Assembly (NCBI GenBank): GCA_964527185.1
Contig: CAZGOI010000002.1
Coordinates: 31,513-95,512, forward strand
Reading direction: 5' to 3'
DNA length: 64,000 bases
Source of the DNA: an uncultured Candidatus Saccharibacteria bacterium
GTDB taxonomy: Bacteria; Patescibacteriota; Minisyncoccia; Phycocordibacterales; UBA9973
This document shows positions 40,844-51,201 of this stretch, in pieces. Below the pieces are notes generated by a model that was not told where the DNA came from, searched no databases, and saw nothing but the letters and a program-made list of their open reading frames with translations. Each line of letters opens with the position of its first letter. Position 1 is the stretch's first letter. Both the position numbers and the translations under genes were made by a program.

Positions 40844-41941
40844 ATGAAAAAAATTATTGTATCATCAATCGCGGTTCTTGGCTTAGTACTAGGCTCACTT
40901 GGCTTGGCACAGGTCACTAACGCATCGGTTGCAACAATCAGTGCAGGCTCAAACCAAACAATCACATTGCCTACAAGCTCTGTAACTTTGTCTGGTTCGG
41001 CTACAGCTTCACTTGGTAGTTCGATCGCAAGTTATAGCTGGTCGCTTACTTCAGAACCTAGTGGGGTAACACCAGTTATAGTTACATCGACAGCGGCTTC
41101 GACCGTCGTCAATGGTCTAACTGTTCCTGGTAATTATGTTTTCACGTTAATAGCATCAGACAATACGACCCCTGTAGCTCTTACAAGTTCTTCATCAGTT
41201 ACTGTCACTGTAAACGCTGCTCCAGTTGTAATGGTTTCTGCTGGTAGTAATCAGACAATCACACTTCCTACAAGTTCTGTGAATCTATCTGGTTCTGCTA
41301 CAGCGACAAGTCCAAACGCAATCGCAAGTTACGCCTGGACACAAGTTTCTGGTCCAATCAACGCGACAATTACCACACCTAGTTCTGCTTCAACATCGGT
41401 TACAGGTATGACGACTGCTGGTACTTATGTCTTTAGTCTAATGGCTACTGACAATGCAAGTCCATCTCACAGTGGTTCTGCAAATATTAGTGTTTATGTA
41501 AATTCAGTAGTTACACCTCCATTGCCTCCTGTTCGTCTTATTAAGTCTAAGCTTACTATTGCTCAAAACGGCATGGTAAACCTACAAGGCCCTATCCAGT
41601 CGATAAGTGGCAATGTACTAACCGTAAAGGTTTGGGGTATCACATTTACTGTTAACACTAATGGTGCAAACTTTGCTGGTAATATCACAGACTTGTCTAT
41701 GTTTAAAGTTGGGGACTATGCCCAAGTCATGGGCCAGATGGATGATTCAGCAAGTACACCAACAATAAATGCACGTTATGTTCGCGATGTTAGTGTCCAG
41801 ACTTCACGAGAAAAAAGATATCGTAAGTATGAGTGGAGTAATGACATAAATGGTTTTCACGGTGAAGATCAAAATGGTCAAGGTGAAAACGATCATGGTA
41901 ACGGTAACGGTAACGGTTTTGGTAACAATCACGACAATTAA
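40844..41941 (+). CDS. Secreted protein with two tandem ~95-aa PKD-like repeats and a His/Gly/Asn-rich C-terminal tail
   Basis: Signal peptide, then two copies of SAGSNQTITLPTSSVxLSGSATA...IASYxW...SGP...T, which is PKD-domain-like. The C-terminus reads GFHGEDQNGQGENDHGNGNGNGFGNNHDN. Confidence 0.55.
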   Translation: MKKIIVSSIAVLGLVLGSLGLAQVTNASVATISAGSNQTITLPTSSVTLSGSATASLGSSIASYSWSLTSEPSGVTPVIVTSTAASTVVNGLTVPGNYVFTLIASDNTTPVALTSSSSVTVTVNAAPVVMVSAGSNQTITLPTSSVNLSGSATATSPNAIASYAWTQVSGPINATITTPSSASTSVTGMTTAGTYVFSLMATDNASPSHSGSANISVYVNSVVTPPLPPVRLIKSKLTIAQNGMVNLQGPIQSISGNVLTVKVWGITFTVNTNGANFAGNITDLSMFKVGDYAQVMGQMDDSASTPTINARYVRDVSVQTSREKRYRKYEWSNDINGFHGEDQNGQGENDHGNGNGNGFGNNHDN

Positions 41942-41960
41942 TTATCAGTTCTCTATTATC

Positions 41961-41994
41961 AAAAAACCCCTTGGCTCAGCCTTGGGGTTTTTTG
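41961..41994 (+). terminator. Rho-independent terminator AACCCC-tt-GGC-tca-GCC-tt-GGGGTT plus T6
   Basis: Seen directly in the sequence. Confidence 0.6.
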
Positions 41995-42040
41995 ATTTGA
42001 CATTTTTTCTAATAGTATTAATATCTGGTTAAACCAAAAA

Positions 42041-42469
42041 ATGTTTTTTATGAAAATAATGAAAATAATGAGTTGCATTCTCGGGGCAATAGGCCTGACC
42101 TTTTTCATAAGCTGTATATTTTCAGTCTGTGCCCATTTTAAAGAAAGCCAGTCCCTAAAATCGCCCATCGTCATCTTTGACAACAATGACCTGCCCGGCC
42201 AGTTGAACGATATCATCAGCCAAGCTGCAGACAGTCTCTATGAAAAAAGCATAGAGCCCGATACTTTATTTGTTGTTTATGGCAAAGCCTATAACGCCGA
42301 AGAATCTAAAGACCCAATAAATGGGATAAATATGATTTCTTCGCACGGTGACGCTTTGAGGGACACTTTATTTATCGAGCCAGAAGCAGCCCCGGTTGGG
42401 TTAGTTAAACCCACCTATGATACAAAAGGATTGATAGCAAAAAAAATTAAAGAACTGATCGATGGGTAA
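42041..42469 (+). CDS. Hypothetical membrane-anchored protein of 142 aa
   Basis: N-terminal hydrophobic helix and no recognised domain. Confidence 0.4.
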   Translation: MFFMKIMKIMSCILGAIGLTFFISCIFSVCAHFKESQSLKSPIVIFDNNDLPGQLNDIISQAADSLYEKSIEPDTLFVVYGKAYNAEESKDPINGINMISSHGDALRDTLFIEPEAAPVGLVKPTYDTKGLIAKKIKELIDG

Positions 42470-42511
42470 TTTATCCCAAGGACGGTTAGTAGCTACAACC
42501 CACCCCCCGAG

Positions 42512-42541
42512 TTTTCTCGGGGGGATTTTTTTATTTGTTTA
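42512..42541 (+). terminator. Rho-independent terminator CCCCCCGAG-tttt-CTCGGGGGG plus T7
   Basis: Perfect 9-bp stem. Confidence 0.7.
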
Positions 42542-42571
42542 TTTATAAATTTCGTGGTATAATTTAGTCGC

Positions 42572-43582
42572 ATGAATAAAGCTTTAAAATTCTTGAAACA
42601 TCTGTTTATCCCACATAAACACAATGATTTCAAACCCCATTTTTTTCGAGAATTGTCGGTGACTGTTATAACCGGTGTTCTTATTGTCGTACTTGCTTTT
42701 TCGGTTGGTAGCAACATATATATAGAGCGTAACAATTTGGTAGCCACTGTTTTACCGGCAGTACTTGTTGACCTAACCAATACTGCTCGAACTTCTGACA
42801 ATGAACTTCCGCTTACACGAAACTCAGTTCTCGATAGGGCTGCCCAAATGAAAGCCAACGATATGGCCCAATACAACTATTTTGCTCACACTAGCCCTAT
42901 CGGCGTCACACCATGGTATTGGTTCGATAAAGTTGGATACTATTTTATATATGCTGGAGAGAACCTTGCGATAAATTTCGATGAATCAAGCGATGTCGAA
43001 ACCGCTTGGCTCAATTCACCTGGCCACCGAGCCAATATTCTAAATACTAAATTTACAGAGATAGGCATTGCCACGGCCCAAGGTATGTATCAAGGCAATC
43101 AGACCACTTATGTCGTGCAGATGTTTGGGACGCCTTCGATCCCAACCGCAGAAGTTGAAACCCCTGCCAACGTAACACCTATTAAAAAGGTAACTAGCAA
43201 GCCAAAGGCCGTTGCTCTAGTCCCAGCCGTTAAAGGAGCTTCTGTTTCGGCTGTGAAAAATTTGCAAACCATAACTGACACCAAAGATTTTGTTTCTGTA
43301 TTCAACAAAGACGCTGCGCTAAACGCAACGCCAGCAGCCAACCCATCAAATACAAAATATTCCTCTTGGACAGATCGCTTTGTTTTTCTAACTCCAAAAT
43401 ACGCCGACAAAATTTATAAAGTCATAATGTATGTAGTGATAGCCGCGCTCCTTATCATGGTCTTTGCTGAAATACGCATTCAACACAAAAAAAATATTAC
43501 TTATGGAATATTACTCATTGTGATTATATTTTGTCTCATATATCTAAATAGAGTGCTCCTTATGCCCGATTTTCTTGTTTAA
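42572..43582 (+). CDS. CAP/SCP/PR1-like (YkwD-type) domain protein with N-terminal and C-terminal TM helices
   Basis: The CAP-domain hallmark AWLNSPGHRANIL, plus hydrophobic segments at both ends. Confidence 0.65.
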   Translation: MNKALKFLKHLFIPHKHNDFKPHFFRELSVTVITGVLIVVLAFSVGSNIYIERNNLVATVLPAVLVDLTNTARTSDNELPLTRNSVLDRAAQMKANDMAQYNYFAHTSPIGVTPWYWFDKVGYYFIYAGENLAINFDESSDVETAWLNSPGHRANILNTKFTEIGIATAQGMYQGNQTTYVVQMFGTPSIPTAEVETPANVTPIKKVTSKPKAVALVPAVKGASVSAVKNLQTITDTKDFVSVFNKDAALNATPAANPSNTKYSSWTDRFVFLTPKYADKIYKVIMYVVIAALLIMVFAEIRIQHKKNITYGILLIVIIFCLIYLNRVLLMPDFLV

Positions 43583-43602
43583 CCTTTATAAAGTAAGTAT
43601 TG

Positions 43603-43631
43603 AAAAATGTGCACAACTTGTGCACATTTTT
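43603..43631. promoter_or_regulatory. 29-bp perfect palindrome AAAAATGTGCACAA-c-TTGTGCACATTTTT. It is either the terminator of the CAP gene or an operator-like site. A candidate promoter TTGACG (43636-43641)-16nt-TAGAAT (43658-43663) for the giant gene follows immediately.
   Basis: Palindrome and hexamers seen directly. A ~100-nt leader lies before the 43768 ATG. Confidence 0.45.
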
Positions 43632-43767
43632 CGTATTGACGGATTAGACTGGTTAAGTAGAATGGGCTTAACTGCCCGAAGTGGGTGATTTGACCAAGCG
43701 GGCCCCCTGTGTTCTCTCTAGGCATTATTAACTAATTTATTAGGTCATTATTTTAATATAAATTTTT

Positions 43768-46700
43768 ATGAAAAATCTTCTTCCGAAGTTTTTAGTTTCA
43801 GTATTTGCAGTCGCGTTTACATTTTCATTTTTTGCCAAAGTTGGAGCAGATGGTACACCAACTCTTTCAACAGATAAAGATAAATATTCTGTCGGCGATA
43901 CAATGATCATAACAGGTACTAACTTTACTCCAAATGGTACAGTTACCGTTACCGTGTTGAGGCCAGACCATGCAACCGACACCCTGCCTGATATTACCGC
44001 GGATGCAAATGGTGGATTTGTGACAAATTATGTTCCATCAGACTTTACATCTCCTGAACCAGGCAGATACAAACTAACTGCAACCGATGGTACAAATGCC
44101 GCTAAAACTGCAGCCACAGAAGCTGATGCCATTGGTTACAACAAAGGTGTCTATAATAAAGGAACAACTTCTCCAAGTGATAATACAGGAGTTTGGACTA
44201 CTGGAAATGCAGGAAGTCATTATTTAGAAAATCAATGGGCTTATTATCAATATGAGATAACTGGAGTTCCTAATAGTTCGGGAATTCCTAGTTTTGATGT
44301 TTCTTTCAATCACTTTCAATCAAATACTAATGCACTATTTATTGATGCCTTTGCTAATTTCAGAGTATGCGTAGACTGTACTGATCAAAGTCACTCAAGT
44401 GGTCCACAACAAGGAATGTTGAATGACGGGGTCCCATATCCTTCTGCTTCAAGCACAAACTGGATTTCTGTTCCTGCAACTTCTGCTTCTTCTGGTGCAC
44501 CCATTAATCATGTAAACAATAATTTTAATTCTAATGTATGTGGAGGTTTAGATGCAGTAAATACTCCAGGAGCTGATCATTGTTTCCATGTTGATGGAGC
44601 TGCATTAGGTACACTATTAGGTAATTTAGGATCAGGAGGTAATCACACAATAACAATATTCTACGAAGCTCATTTAGCTTCAACTGCAGCTTGGCACAGT
44701 GGTAACGAAAATTTGTTAAATACCCACGGTGCATACTACGTGTCTCCAGGTCCTGAAGTTTTACCAGTAGATACAGCATATGGGACTGACAACTACTCTA
44801 GTTGGACTTCATCTTCTTTCTTTGGTGTAGGTTCGGCTACTGGTTCATCAAGACATTTCAATATAAATAACCAAACTGCAGGGTCAAATGGTGGATTATC
44901 ACTTCCTATTCCTACAGTTCCACCAGCGAATGCCTCAATCACACTAGACAAAGTTACTTCTCCTTCAGGAGATCAGACATTATTTAATTTTAGTACCACT
45001 GGTTTACCTACGCCTACCAATCCTTCTTTAGCTGATGCCACCCCTCCCGTTGTTTGGTCTAATTTAGCTGCAAATACTTATACTATAACAGAAGGCACCG
45101 TTCCATTTTGGCAATTAACAAGTAAAAATTGTACTGGAGGTAGCCAATCTACAGTAATTACACAAATAACCAACGGAGTTTCCATTGCCCTTGCAGCAGG
45201 TGACAATATTGTTTGTACTTTTAACAACACCAAATCACAATCTCCAATTCCTCCGACTATCACTACTGCAATTCACAACGCTACTCATCAAACAGTTACT
45301 ACTGCAGCGCTTGGTGATGTTGTACACGACAGCGTGCATGTTTCTGGTGCACAAGGAACTCCTACAGGAACAGTAACTTTCGACTTCTTCAACAATGGAA
45401 CATGTACAGCTCCTGCTGCAGTCCCAACATCTTCTGCATTCACTCTTGATGGAAGCGGTAACTTTGACGCAACAACATTTACACAAACATTAAATAATGC
45501 TGGTTCCTATTCGTTCAAGGCTCATTATTCAGGCGATAGTGCCTATACACCGCTAGATGGACCATGCGAACCTCTTACTGTAAATAAAGGAACGCTTGGC
45601 ATTTCTACTACTCTACTATTTACTTCACCTCTAGCAATTAATTCGAGCGCGCAAGACTCTGCGACTGTCACTGGAATTGTAAATGGAGTTAACCCTACCA
45701 ACCAAGTCACTTTCAACTTTTTCACTAATGGAACTTGTGCATCAACAGGGGCTCCATCTGGTGGAGGTGCTGTAACATTTGCCGTTCCGACTGTTAATTC
45801 AAATTCCCAAGGCCCGCTTGGTCCAGGAAGTTACTCGTTCAATGCAACCATAACAGGTGATTCTAATTACAACCCTGCTACTGTGACCAGTAGCTGTGAA
45901 CCATTCACGGTCAGTAAGGGTACAACCATAACTTCGACAACATTGAAAAACGTCGCAGGTAATTCGACTATTCCTAATGGGTCCCATTTGCCGCTTGGAA
46001 GTTCAGTCTATGATACTACTTCGGTAACTCCGACTCCGGCTGGAACGCCAACCGGAACTGTAACTTACCAATTCTACACAGGCTCACTAACCTGCGCAGG
46101 CTCACCAACAACTGAAACTCTCCCAGTTGGAACCCAATCTTCTAATCACAACGCACTCGGGGCAGGTGATTATGGCTTCGTCGCGGTTTATTCAGGAGAT
46201 AGCAACTACTCAGGGTCTACTGGTGCTTGCGAACCATTTACAATTGATAAAGCTCAACTCGCCATTTCAACCACAGTCCACGATGAAAATCATACAGATA
46301 AGACCAATGCCAATGTTCCAATCAATTCTATTATGCACGACACAGCCACAGTAACTGGTGGAGTAAATGGGTTCCAAGTTCCAGCAGTAAGTTTCACTCT
46401 TACTTCTGGTTACACCAGCTCTTGTTCAACAGGTGCAGTAGTAGCTAACAATGGTATAGAAGGAGGAGCAGTTAAGTCTGCGGATAGCGTAGCACTTGGC
46501 GCAGGAAGTTATGCATACATGGCAAGTGTTACAGGAGACAATAACTATCTGGGAGCAACTGGCATCTGTGAACCTTTTACTGTTAATAAAGCATCTCCTT
46601 CTATATCGACAACGCTTTCAGCTGGCTCAGTAAATGCCGGTACAATGGTGCACGATTCTTCAACACTTTCTAATGCGACATCAAATGCTGGCGGAACGGT

Positions 46701-49700
46701 TACTTATACTGTTTATACAGACAGCTCTTGCACCCAAGGGGCACAACCTGCTGGTGTGAAAACAGTCACAAATGGATCGGTGCCAGATTCTGACCCACTA
46801 ACATTCAATACACCAGGAGATTATTATTGGCAAGCAATATATTCTGGCGATGCCAACAACAACGGTGCCACTAGTAACTGTGTAGACGAACACCTAGTGG
46901 TAAATAAAATTAATTCAACGACTGTAACTGTAATACATAATACATCCGAGCAAGTTGTCACTTCAATCGATGCGGGTTCAACTGTTCACGATAAAGCAAC
47001 TGTAACTGGTTCTGGTCCAATACCAACTGGCACAGTTACATTTAATTGGTTTATTAATAATTCCTGCACGGTTCCAGCAGGATCTACTTCAACTCCGCAA
47101 ACTCTCTCGGGTGGCATGGTAGATGCAACGAGTTTCTCACAAGGCCCCCTCGGCGCAGGCAACTACTCTTTCCAAGCAATTTATTCAGGAGACAATATTT
47201 ATAATGGATCAACAGGAAATTGCGAACCTCTAACAGTAAACAAAGTTACTCCAAGCCTCTCAACCGAGATCCATGATGTTTCTGAAGCAGTAGTAAATTC
47301 AGTTGCATTGGGTTCCAGTGTTCATGACAAAGCTACTATCTCTGGCGGTTACAATCCAAGTGGTAATGTAACATTTACCTTCTTCAATAATGGCACTTGT
47401 GCTCCTGCCGGTACCGATGCTGGTACAGTAGCCCTATCCGGCGGGGTTGCCCATCCATCCAATTCCCAAGGTCCTCTCGGCGCAGGCAGCTACTCTTTCC
47501 AAGCTCATTACAATGGAGATAACAGCAACAATGCTGTTGACGCACAGTGTGAATCTCTAAATGTAAACAAGGCTCAACTTTCAATATCAACCACAGTCCA
47601 CGATGCTTCGCATACAGTAATTGCTGACAATGCACATGTGGCGCTCGGAACTATGGCTCACGATAATGCAACCGTAACAGGGGGAGTTGCTGGCTTTGCG
47701 CTTCCTGCAATTTCGTTCAACTTCGACAGTCTAGCAATCGCAAATGGTTCAACGGATGCAGGTTTCGATGCAACATCAGTTGCAACGAGCGCTCTTACGC
47801 CTGGCCCTCACAAATTCAACGCTACGGTTGCAGGCGATAATAACTATCTTGGCGCAACAAGTTCTGATGAACCGTTTGTAGTTGATCAGGGTGCGACTGT
47901 CACAGCTACAGTTCTTAAAAATGCTTTAGGTGATGCGACAATCGACAATGGATCAAATGTTCCTCTCGGTACATCCGTTTACGACACAGCTACAGTCACC
48001 CCAACTCCGGCTGGAACGCCAACCGGAACTGTAACTTACCAATTCTATTCTGCGGTTGCTTGTAGTGGTTCTCATGTTGATCAAGTTGTAAATCTCTCAG
48101 CTGGTTTAGTTCCAAATTCTTCTAACCAAACATCACTTGTCTCTGGTGACTACGGATTTGTCGCAGTCTACTCAGGAGACTCAAACTACACAGGTTCTAC
48201 GGGTGCTTGCGAACCATTCCATGTAAATAAAGGTCAACTCACGGTAAGTACAACAATTCATGATGTAAATCATAATCCAACGACAAGCGCTGCATTGGGT
48301 TCAGTTGTTCATGATACTGCGTCTATCGGCGGTCAAGTTGATTCTATAGCTCCAACAGGTGCTGTAACATTCACATTTGGTTCAACTTGTGGGCAAGGCG
48401 CGATTGCAACCGACCCAAACCTAGATTCAGGCAATTCCCGATCGGTGGATACATCTCCTCTTGCTGCAGGGTCATATAATTTCCAAGCTTCAGTTGCCGG
48501 GGATGCAAACTATGACGGCGCAACTTCTAGTTGCGAACCGCTTACGATAAACAAAGCTCAACTCACTATTTCAACCACAGTTCACGATTCAGCTCATAAC
48601 GACATTACCAATGGTTCTATAGGTGTTGGCTCAACCGCTCACGACAACGCGACTGTAACTGGTGGAGTCGCTGGCTTCCCACTTCCTACAACTTCATTCA
48701 CATTTGATGGGGGAGCAATAGGAAACTCTGCAAGCCCAGAAGCTTCATTTAGTGCAACATCTGTTGATACAAGTGCACTTGCTGTAGGTAATCACAAATT
48801 CAATGCAACAGTAGCAAGTAGTGATAATTATCTCGGAGCAACAAGTGCAGATGAGCCATTTAGTGTTGTCGATGGCAATCTTTCGATTTCTCCAGCAACT
48901 GCAACAAACGCAGTAAATCAACCACACACCATAACTGCAACTGTTACCAAAAATGACGGTAGTGGTTCAACTCCAGCTATTGGTGTTCTCGTAACATTCT
49001 CTATTCCTTCTGGCTCAGCGACATTTGTCGGGGGAGTAAATACTTGTACAACAAATGCATCTGGTCAGTGTTCTGTTCAGATTAACTCTCTAACAACTGG
49101 TGCAAATACAATCCACGCGACAACAACGTTTAGCGTTGGAGGAGTAAGCCTAACTCGTACAACAGGAGACGGGCTTTCAGGCGATAGTGCTGATGCAAGT
49201 AAGACTTATGTAGATGCGAATATTCAAATCACTCCAGGCACTGCAACAAACAGGATCAATGCTGTACACACTCTAACGCTTCATGTGAATGTGAACGACG
49301 GATCAGGTTTTGTGAATGCTCCAGACAGTACAGTAATAAATGTTTCAAAAGTTAGTGGCCCGGGTAATCTCAGTACTACTAGTTGCACAACTTCTGGTGG
49401 AACGGGCTCATGTACTGATACATTAACTTCGTCAACTTCAGGTACAACAGTAGTTAATGGTTCTGTAACTATTAGCGTCGGTGGAGTAAGTCTCACTCGT
49501 GCAACAGGGGATGCCAACGTAGGCGACAGTGCTAATGCACAAAAGACTTGGATCAATCCTCATACTACAATTTCTGTAAATGCATTCACCCAAGAAACTA
49601 CACAAGGCGAGAATGTAATGCTCACTATATCTGACAAAAATGATGGAGATGTTCCTCTTACTAACGATACTGTAACTCTCACTTACGGATCAACAACAAT

Positions 49701-50400
49701 AGTACTCGATAAAAATTCTTCAAACTTCACAGGCGATAACGGTAATGGAATTATGGATCCAGGAGAAACGTGGACTTGGGTTGTAAACATTGTTATAACT
49801 TCCGACACAACATTCAACGTGGCAGGAGATGGTACTGATCCTCTAAATCTTCATGTCTCACCGACCACAGGATTCCCAAGTGAAGGTAGTTCGATAACAG
49901 TTAACATATCTAAGACTACTCGAACCCTCGGATTCTGGCAGACACATACGACGTTCACTTCTTCAGTATTTAGTACATTCTTCTCTGGAGGTATGCCAAT
50001 TGGTACAGTACCGCACAAGGGTGTCATAACAAACATTCAGTTACCTGGTCAGAGTCAATTATTCGGAGGATTCTATGCATCAATTCCTAAAACAACTACC
50101 GGTGCAAAACGCTCTGGCCTAGATAAAGCTCGAGTACAAATGCTCCAGCAATTGCTCGGCGCCAAACTCAACTGCGCAGCCTTTGGGTGTGGAACATCAA
50201 CCATGAGTTTGATCTCGCAAGCTGATGCAGCATACGCTGGAAGCAATGCAAACTTGATTAATTCTTTAACTGGCCAGCTCGATGCATATAACAACTCTGG
50301 TGACACTGGGGCAATTCCTTCAGGACTACCTCCAACAGGAAAGGCAACCCCAAAGAATTCACAAGCTATCGCAAATCTAGCTTTCTGGGATCTTCCTTAA
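43768..50400 (+). CDS. Giant secreted Ig-like repeat surface protein (2210 aa, at least 14 Big_3_5-type repeats), a putative adhesin
   Basis: Signal peptide, then ~100-aa units recurring with the pattern VHDxATVTG...PTGTVTFxF(F/Y)...C...QGPLGAGSYSFQAxYSGDSNYxGSTGxCEPxTVNK. The AxYSGDxNY motif typifies bacterial Ig-like group 3 repeats. The C-terminal ~300 aa are non-repetitive and no LPXTG is present. Confidence 0.8.
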   Translation: MKNLLPKFLVSVFAVAFTFSFFAKVGADGTPTLSTDKDKYSVGDTMIITGTNFTPNGTVTVTVLRPDHATDTLPDITADANGGFVTNYVPSDFTSPEPGRYKLTATDGTNAAKTAATEADAIGYNKGVYNKGTTSPSDNTGVWTTGNAGSHYLENQWAYYQYEITGVPNSSGIPSFDVSFNHFQSNTNALFIDAFANFRVCVDCTDQSHSSGPQQGMLNDGVPYPSASSTNWISVPATSASSGAPINHVNNNFNSNVCGGLDAVNTPGADHCFHVDGAALGTLLGNLGSGGNHTITIFYEAHLASTAAWHSGNENLLNTHGAYYVSPGPEVLPVDTAYGTDNYSSWTSSSFFGVGSATGSSRHFNINNQTAGSNGGLSLPIPTVPPANASITLDKVTSPSGDQTLFNFSTTGLPTPTNPSLADATPPVVWSNLAANTYTITEGTVPFWQLTSKNCTGGSQSTVITQITNGVSIALAAGDNIVCTFNNTKSQSPIPPTITTAIHNATHQTVTTAALGDVVHDSVHVSGAQGTPTGTVTFDFFNNGTCTAPAAVPTSSAFTLDGSGNFDATTFTQTLNNAGSYSFKAHYSGDSAYTPLDGPCEPLTVNKGTLGISTTLLFTSPLAINSSAQDSATVTGIVNGVNPTNQVTFNFFTNGTCASTGAPSGGGAVTFAVPTVNSNSQGPLGPGSYSFNATITGDSNYNPATVTSSCEPFTVSKGTTITSTTLKNVAGNSTIPNGSHLPLGSSVYDTTSVTPTPAGTPTGTVTYQFYTGSLTCAGSPTTETLPVGTQSSNHNALGAGDYGFVAVYSGDSNYSGSTGACEPFTIDKAQLAISTTVHDENHTDKTNANVPINSIMHDTATVTGGVNGFQVPAVSFTLTSGYTSSCSTGAVVANNGIEGGAVKSADSVALGAGSYAYMASVTGDNNYLGATGICEPFTVNKASPSISTTLSAGSVNAGTMVHDSSTLSNATSNAGGTVTYTVYTDSSCTQGAQPAGVKTVTNGSVPDSDPLTFNTPGDYYWQAIYSGDANNNGATSNCVDEHLVVNKINSTTVTVIHNTSEQVVTSIDAGSTVHDKATVTGSGPIPTGTVTFNWFINNSCTVPAGSTSTPQTLSGGMVDATSFSQGPLGAGNYSFQAIYSGDNIYNGSTGNCEPLTVNKVTPSLSTEIHDVSEAVVNSVALGSSVHDKATISGGYNPSGNVTFTFFNNGTCAPAGTDAGTVALSGGVAHPSNSQGPLGAGSYSFQAHYNGDNSNNAVDAQCESLNVNKAQLSISTTVHDASHTVIADNAHVALGTMAHDNATVTGGVAGFALPAISFNFDSLAIANGSTDAGFDATSVATSALTPGPHKFNATVAGDNNYLGATSSDEPFVVDQGATVTATVLKNALGDATIDNGSNVPLGTSVYDTATVTPTPAGTPTGTVTYQFYSAVACSGSHVDQVVNLSAGLVPNSSNQTSLVSGDYGFVAVYSGDSNYTGSTGACEPFHVNKGQLTVSTTIHDVNHNPTTSAALGSVVHDTASIGGQVDSIAPTGAVTFTFGSTCGQGAIATDPNLDSGNSRSVDTSPLAAGSYNFQASVAGDANYDGATSSCEPLTINKAQLTISTTVHDSAHNDITNGSIGVGSTAHDNATVTGGVAGFPLPTTSFTFDGGAIGNSASPEASFSATSVDTSALAVGNHKFNATVASSDNYLGATSADEPFSVVDGNLSISPATATNAVNQPHTITATVTKNDGSGSTPAIGVLVTFSIPSGSATFVGGVNTCTTNASGQCSVQINSLTTGANTIHATTTFSVGGVSLTRTTGDGLSGDSADASKTYVDANIQITPGTATNRINAVHTLTLHVNVNDGSGFVNAPDSTVINVSKVSGPGNLSTTSCTTSGGTGSCTDTLTSSTSGTTVVNGSVTISVGGVSLTRATGDANVGDSANAQKTWINPHTTISVNAFTQETTQGENVMLTISDKNDGDVPLTNDTVTLTYGSTTIVLDKNSSNFTGDNGNGIMDPGETWTWVVNIVITSDTTFNVAGDGTDPLNLHVSPTTGFPSEGSSITVNISKTTRTLGFWQTHTTFTSSVFSTFFSGGMPIGTVPHKGVITNIQLPGQSQLFGGFYASIPKTTTGAKRSGLDKARVQMLQQLLGAKLNCAAFGCGTSTMSLISQADAAYAGSNANLINSLTGQLDAYNNSGDTGAIPSGLPPTGKATPKNSQAIANLAFWDLP

Positions 50401-50508
50401 GGTTCATAGAACTGCTTAAAAACCCCCATAAATTGAGGGTTTTTAAGTGATTGATTTAGAAATGAAGCAGTTGTACAATATAGGCATATAAATTAACCCG
50501 TAACATAT

Positions 50509-51186
50509 ATGAAAAATAAAAAAATTATCCTCCCATCATTCTTGATTATAGCTTTGTTTGGTTTTGTAAACTTTGCGAAGGCAGATTTGAATGTCGGTGG
50601 TACTGTCGATGTAAAAACCGGCACAAGCGTTAATGCTGGTGGAGTAAAAACAAATAGCGATACCGAAGTAAATGGAAGCAGTGATGTCAAAACAGAGGAC
50701 AACAATAAATCGACCGATAACGCAGAGTACGATAAAAATGATTCGAAAGACAAAGAAGACCAGGGTGACGATGATACAAACGAAAAAAGCGATGTGGCCA
50801 AATTTGTTTCAGCTTTAAAGAGTATTGCAGACAAGGACAAAAAAATTGGTGGGGAAGTTAGCGCGGTAGCTACAGCTCAAAGCGATTCAGACGATGTTAA
50901 AATCGAGGCTATGGACAAAATCAAGACTCGCGGTGGCTTTAAAACATTTCTAATTGGAACAGATTATACAAGTATTGGTGTTCTAAGAAGTACTTTAGTT
51001 ACAACGCAAAATAGCATCGATAGGTTGACAAAAGCCATGGCAAGTGTTACCGACGCGTCGGTCAAAGCCCAACTTGCCGCAGAAATAAAGGTTTTGCAAG
51101 ACAATCAGGTAAAAGTCGATGCATTTATAAAGGCAAACGAAGGTAAATTCAGCCTCTTCGGTTGGCTCGCCAGAATATTCGAATAA
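50509..51186 (+). CDS. Hypothetical secreted protein (signal peptide, acidic Asp/Lys-rich middle, conserved-looking C-terminal ~90 aa)
   Basis: MKNKKIILPSFLIIALFGFVNFAKA looks like a signal peptide. No domain is recognised with confidence. Confidence 0.45.
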   Translation: MKNKKIILPSFLIIALFGFVNFAKADLNVGGTVDVKTGTSVNAGGVKTNSDTEVNGSSDVKTEDNNKSTDNAEYDKNDSKDKEDQGDDDTNEKSDVAKFVSALKSIADKDKKIGGEVSAVATAQSDSDDVKIEAMDKIKTRGGFKTFLIGTDYTSIGVLRSTLVTTQNSIDRLTKAMASVTDASVKAQLAAEIKVLQDNQVKVDAFIKANEGKFSLFGWLARIFE

Positions 51187-51201
51187 ATAAAATATATAGA
51201 T

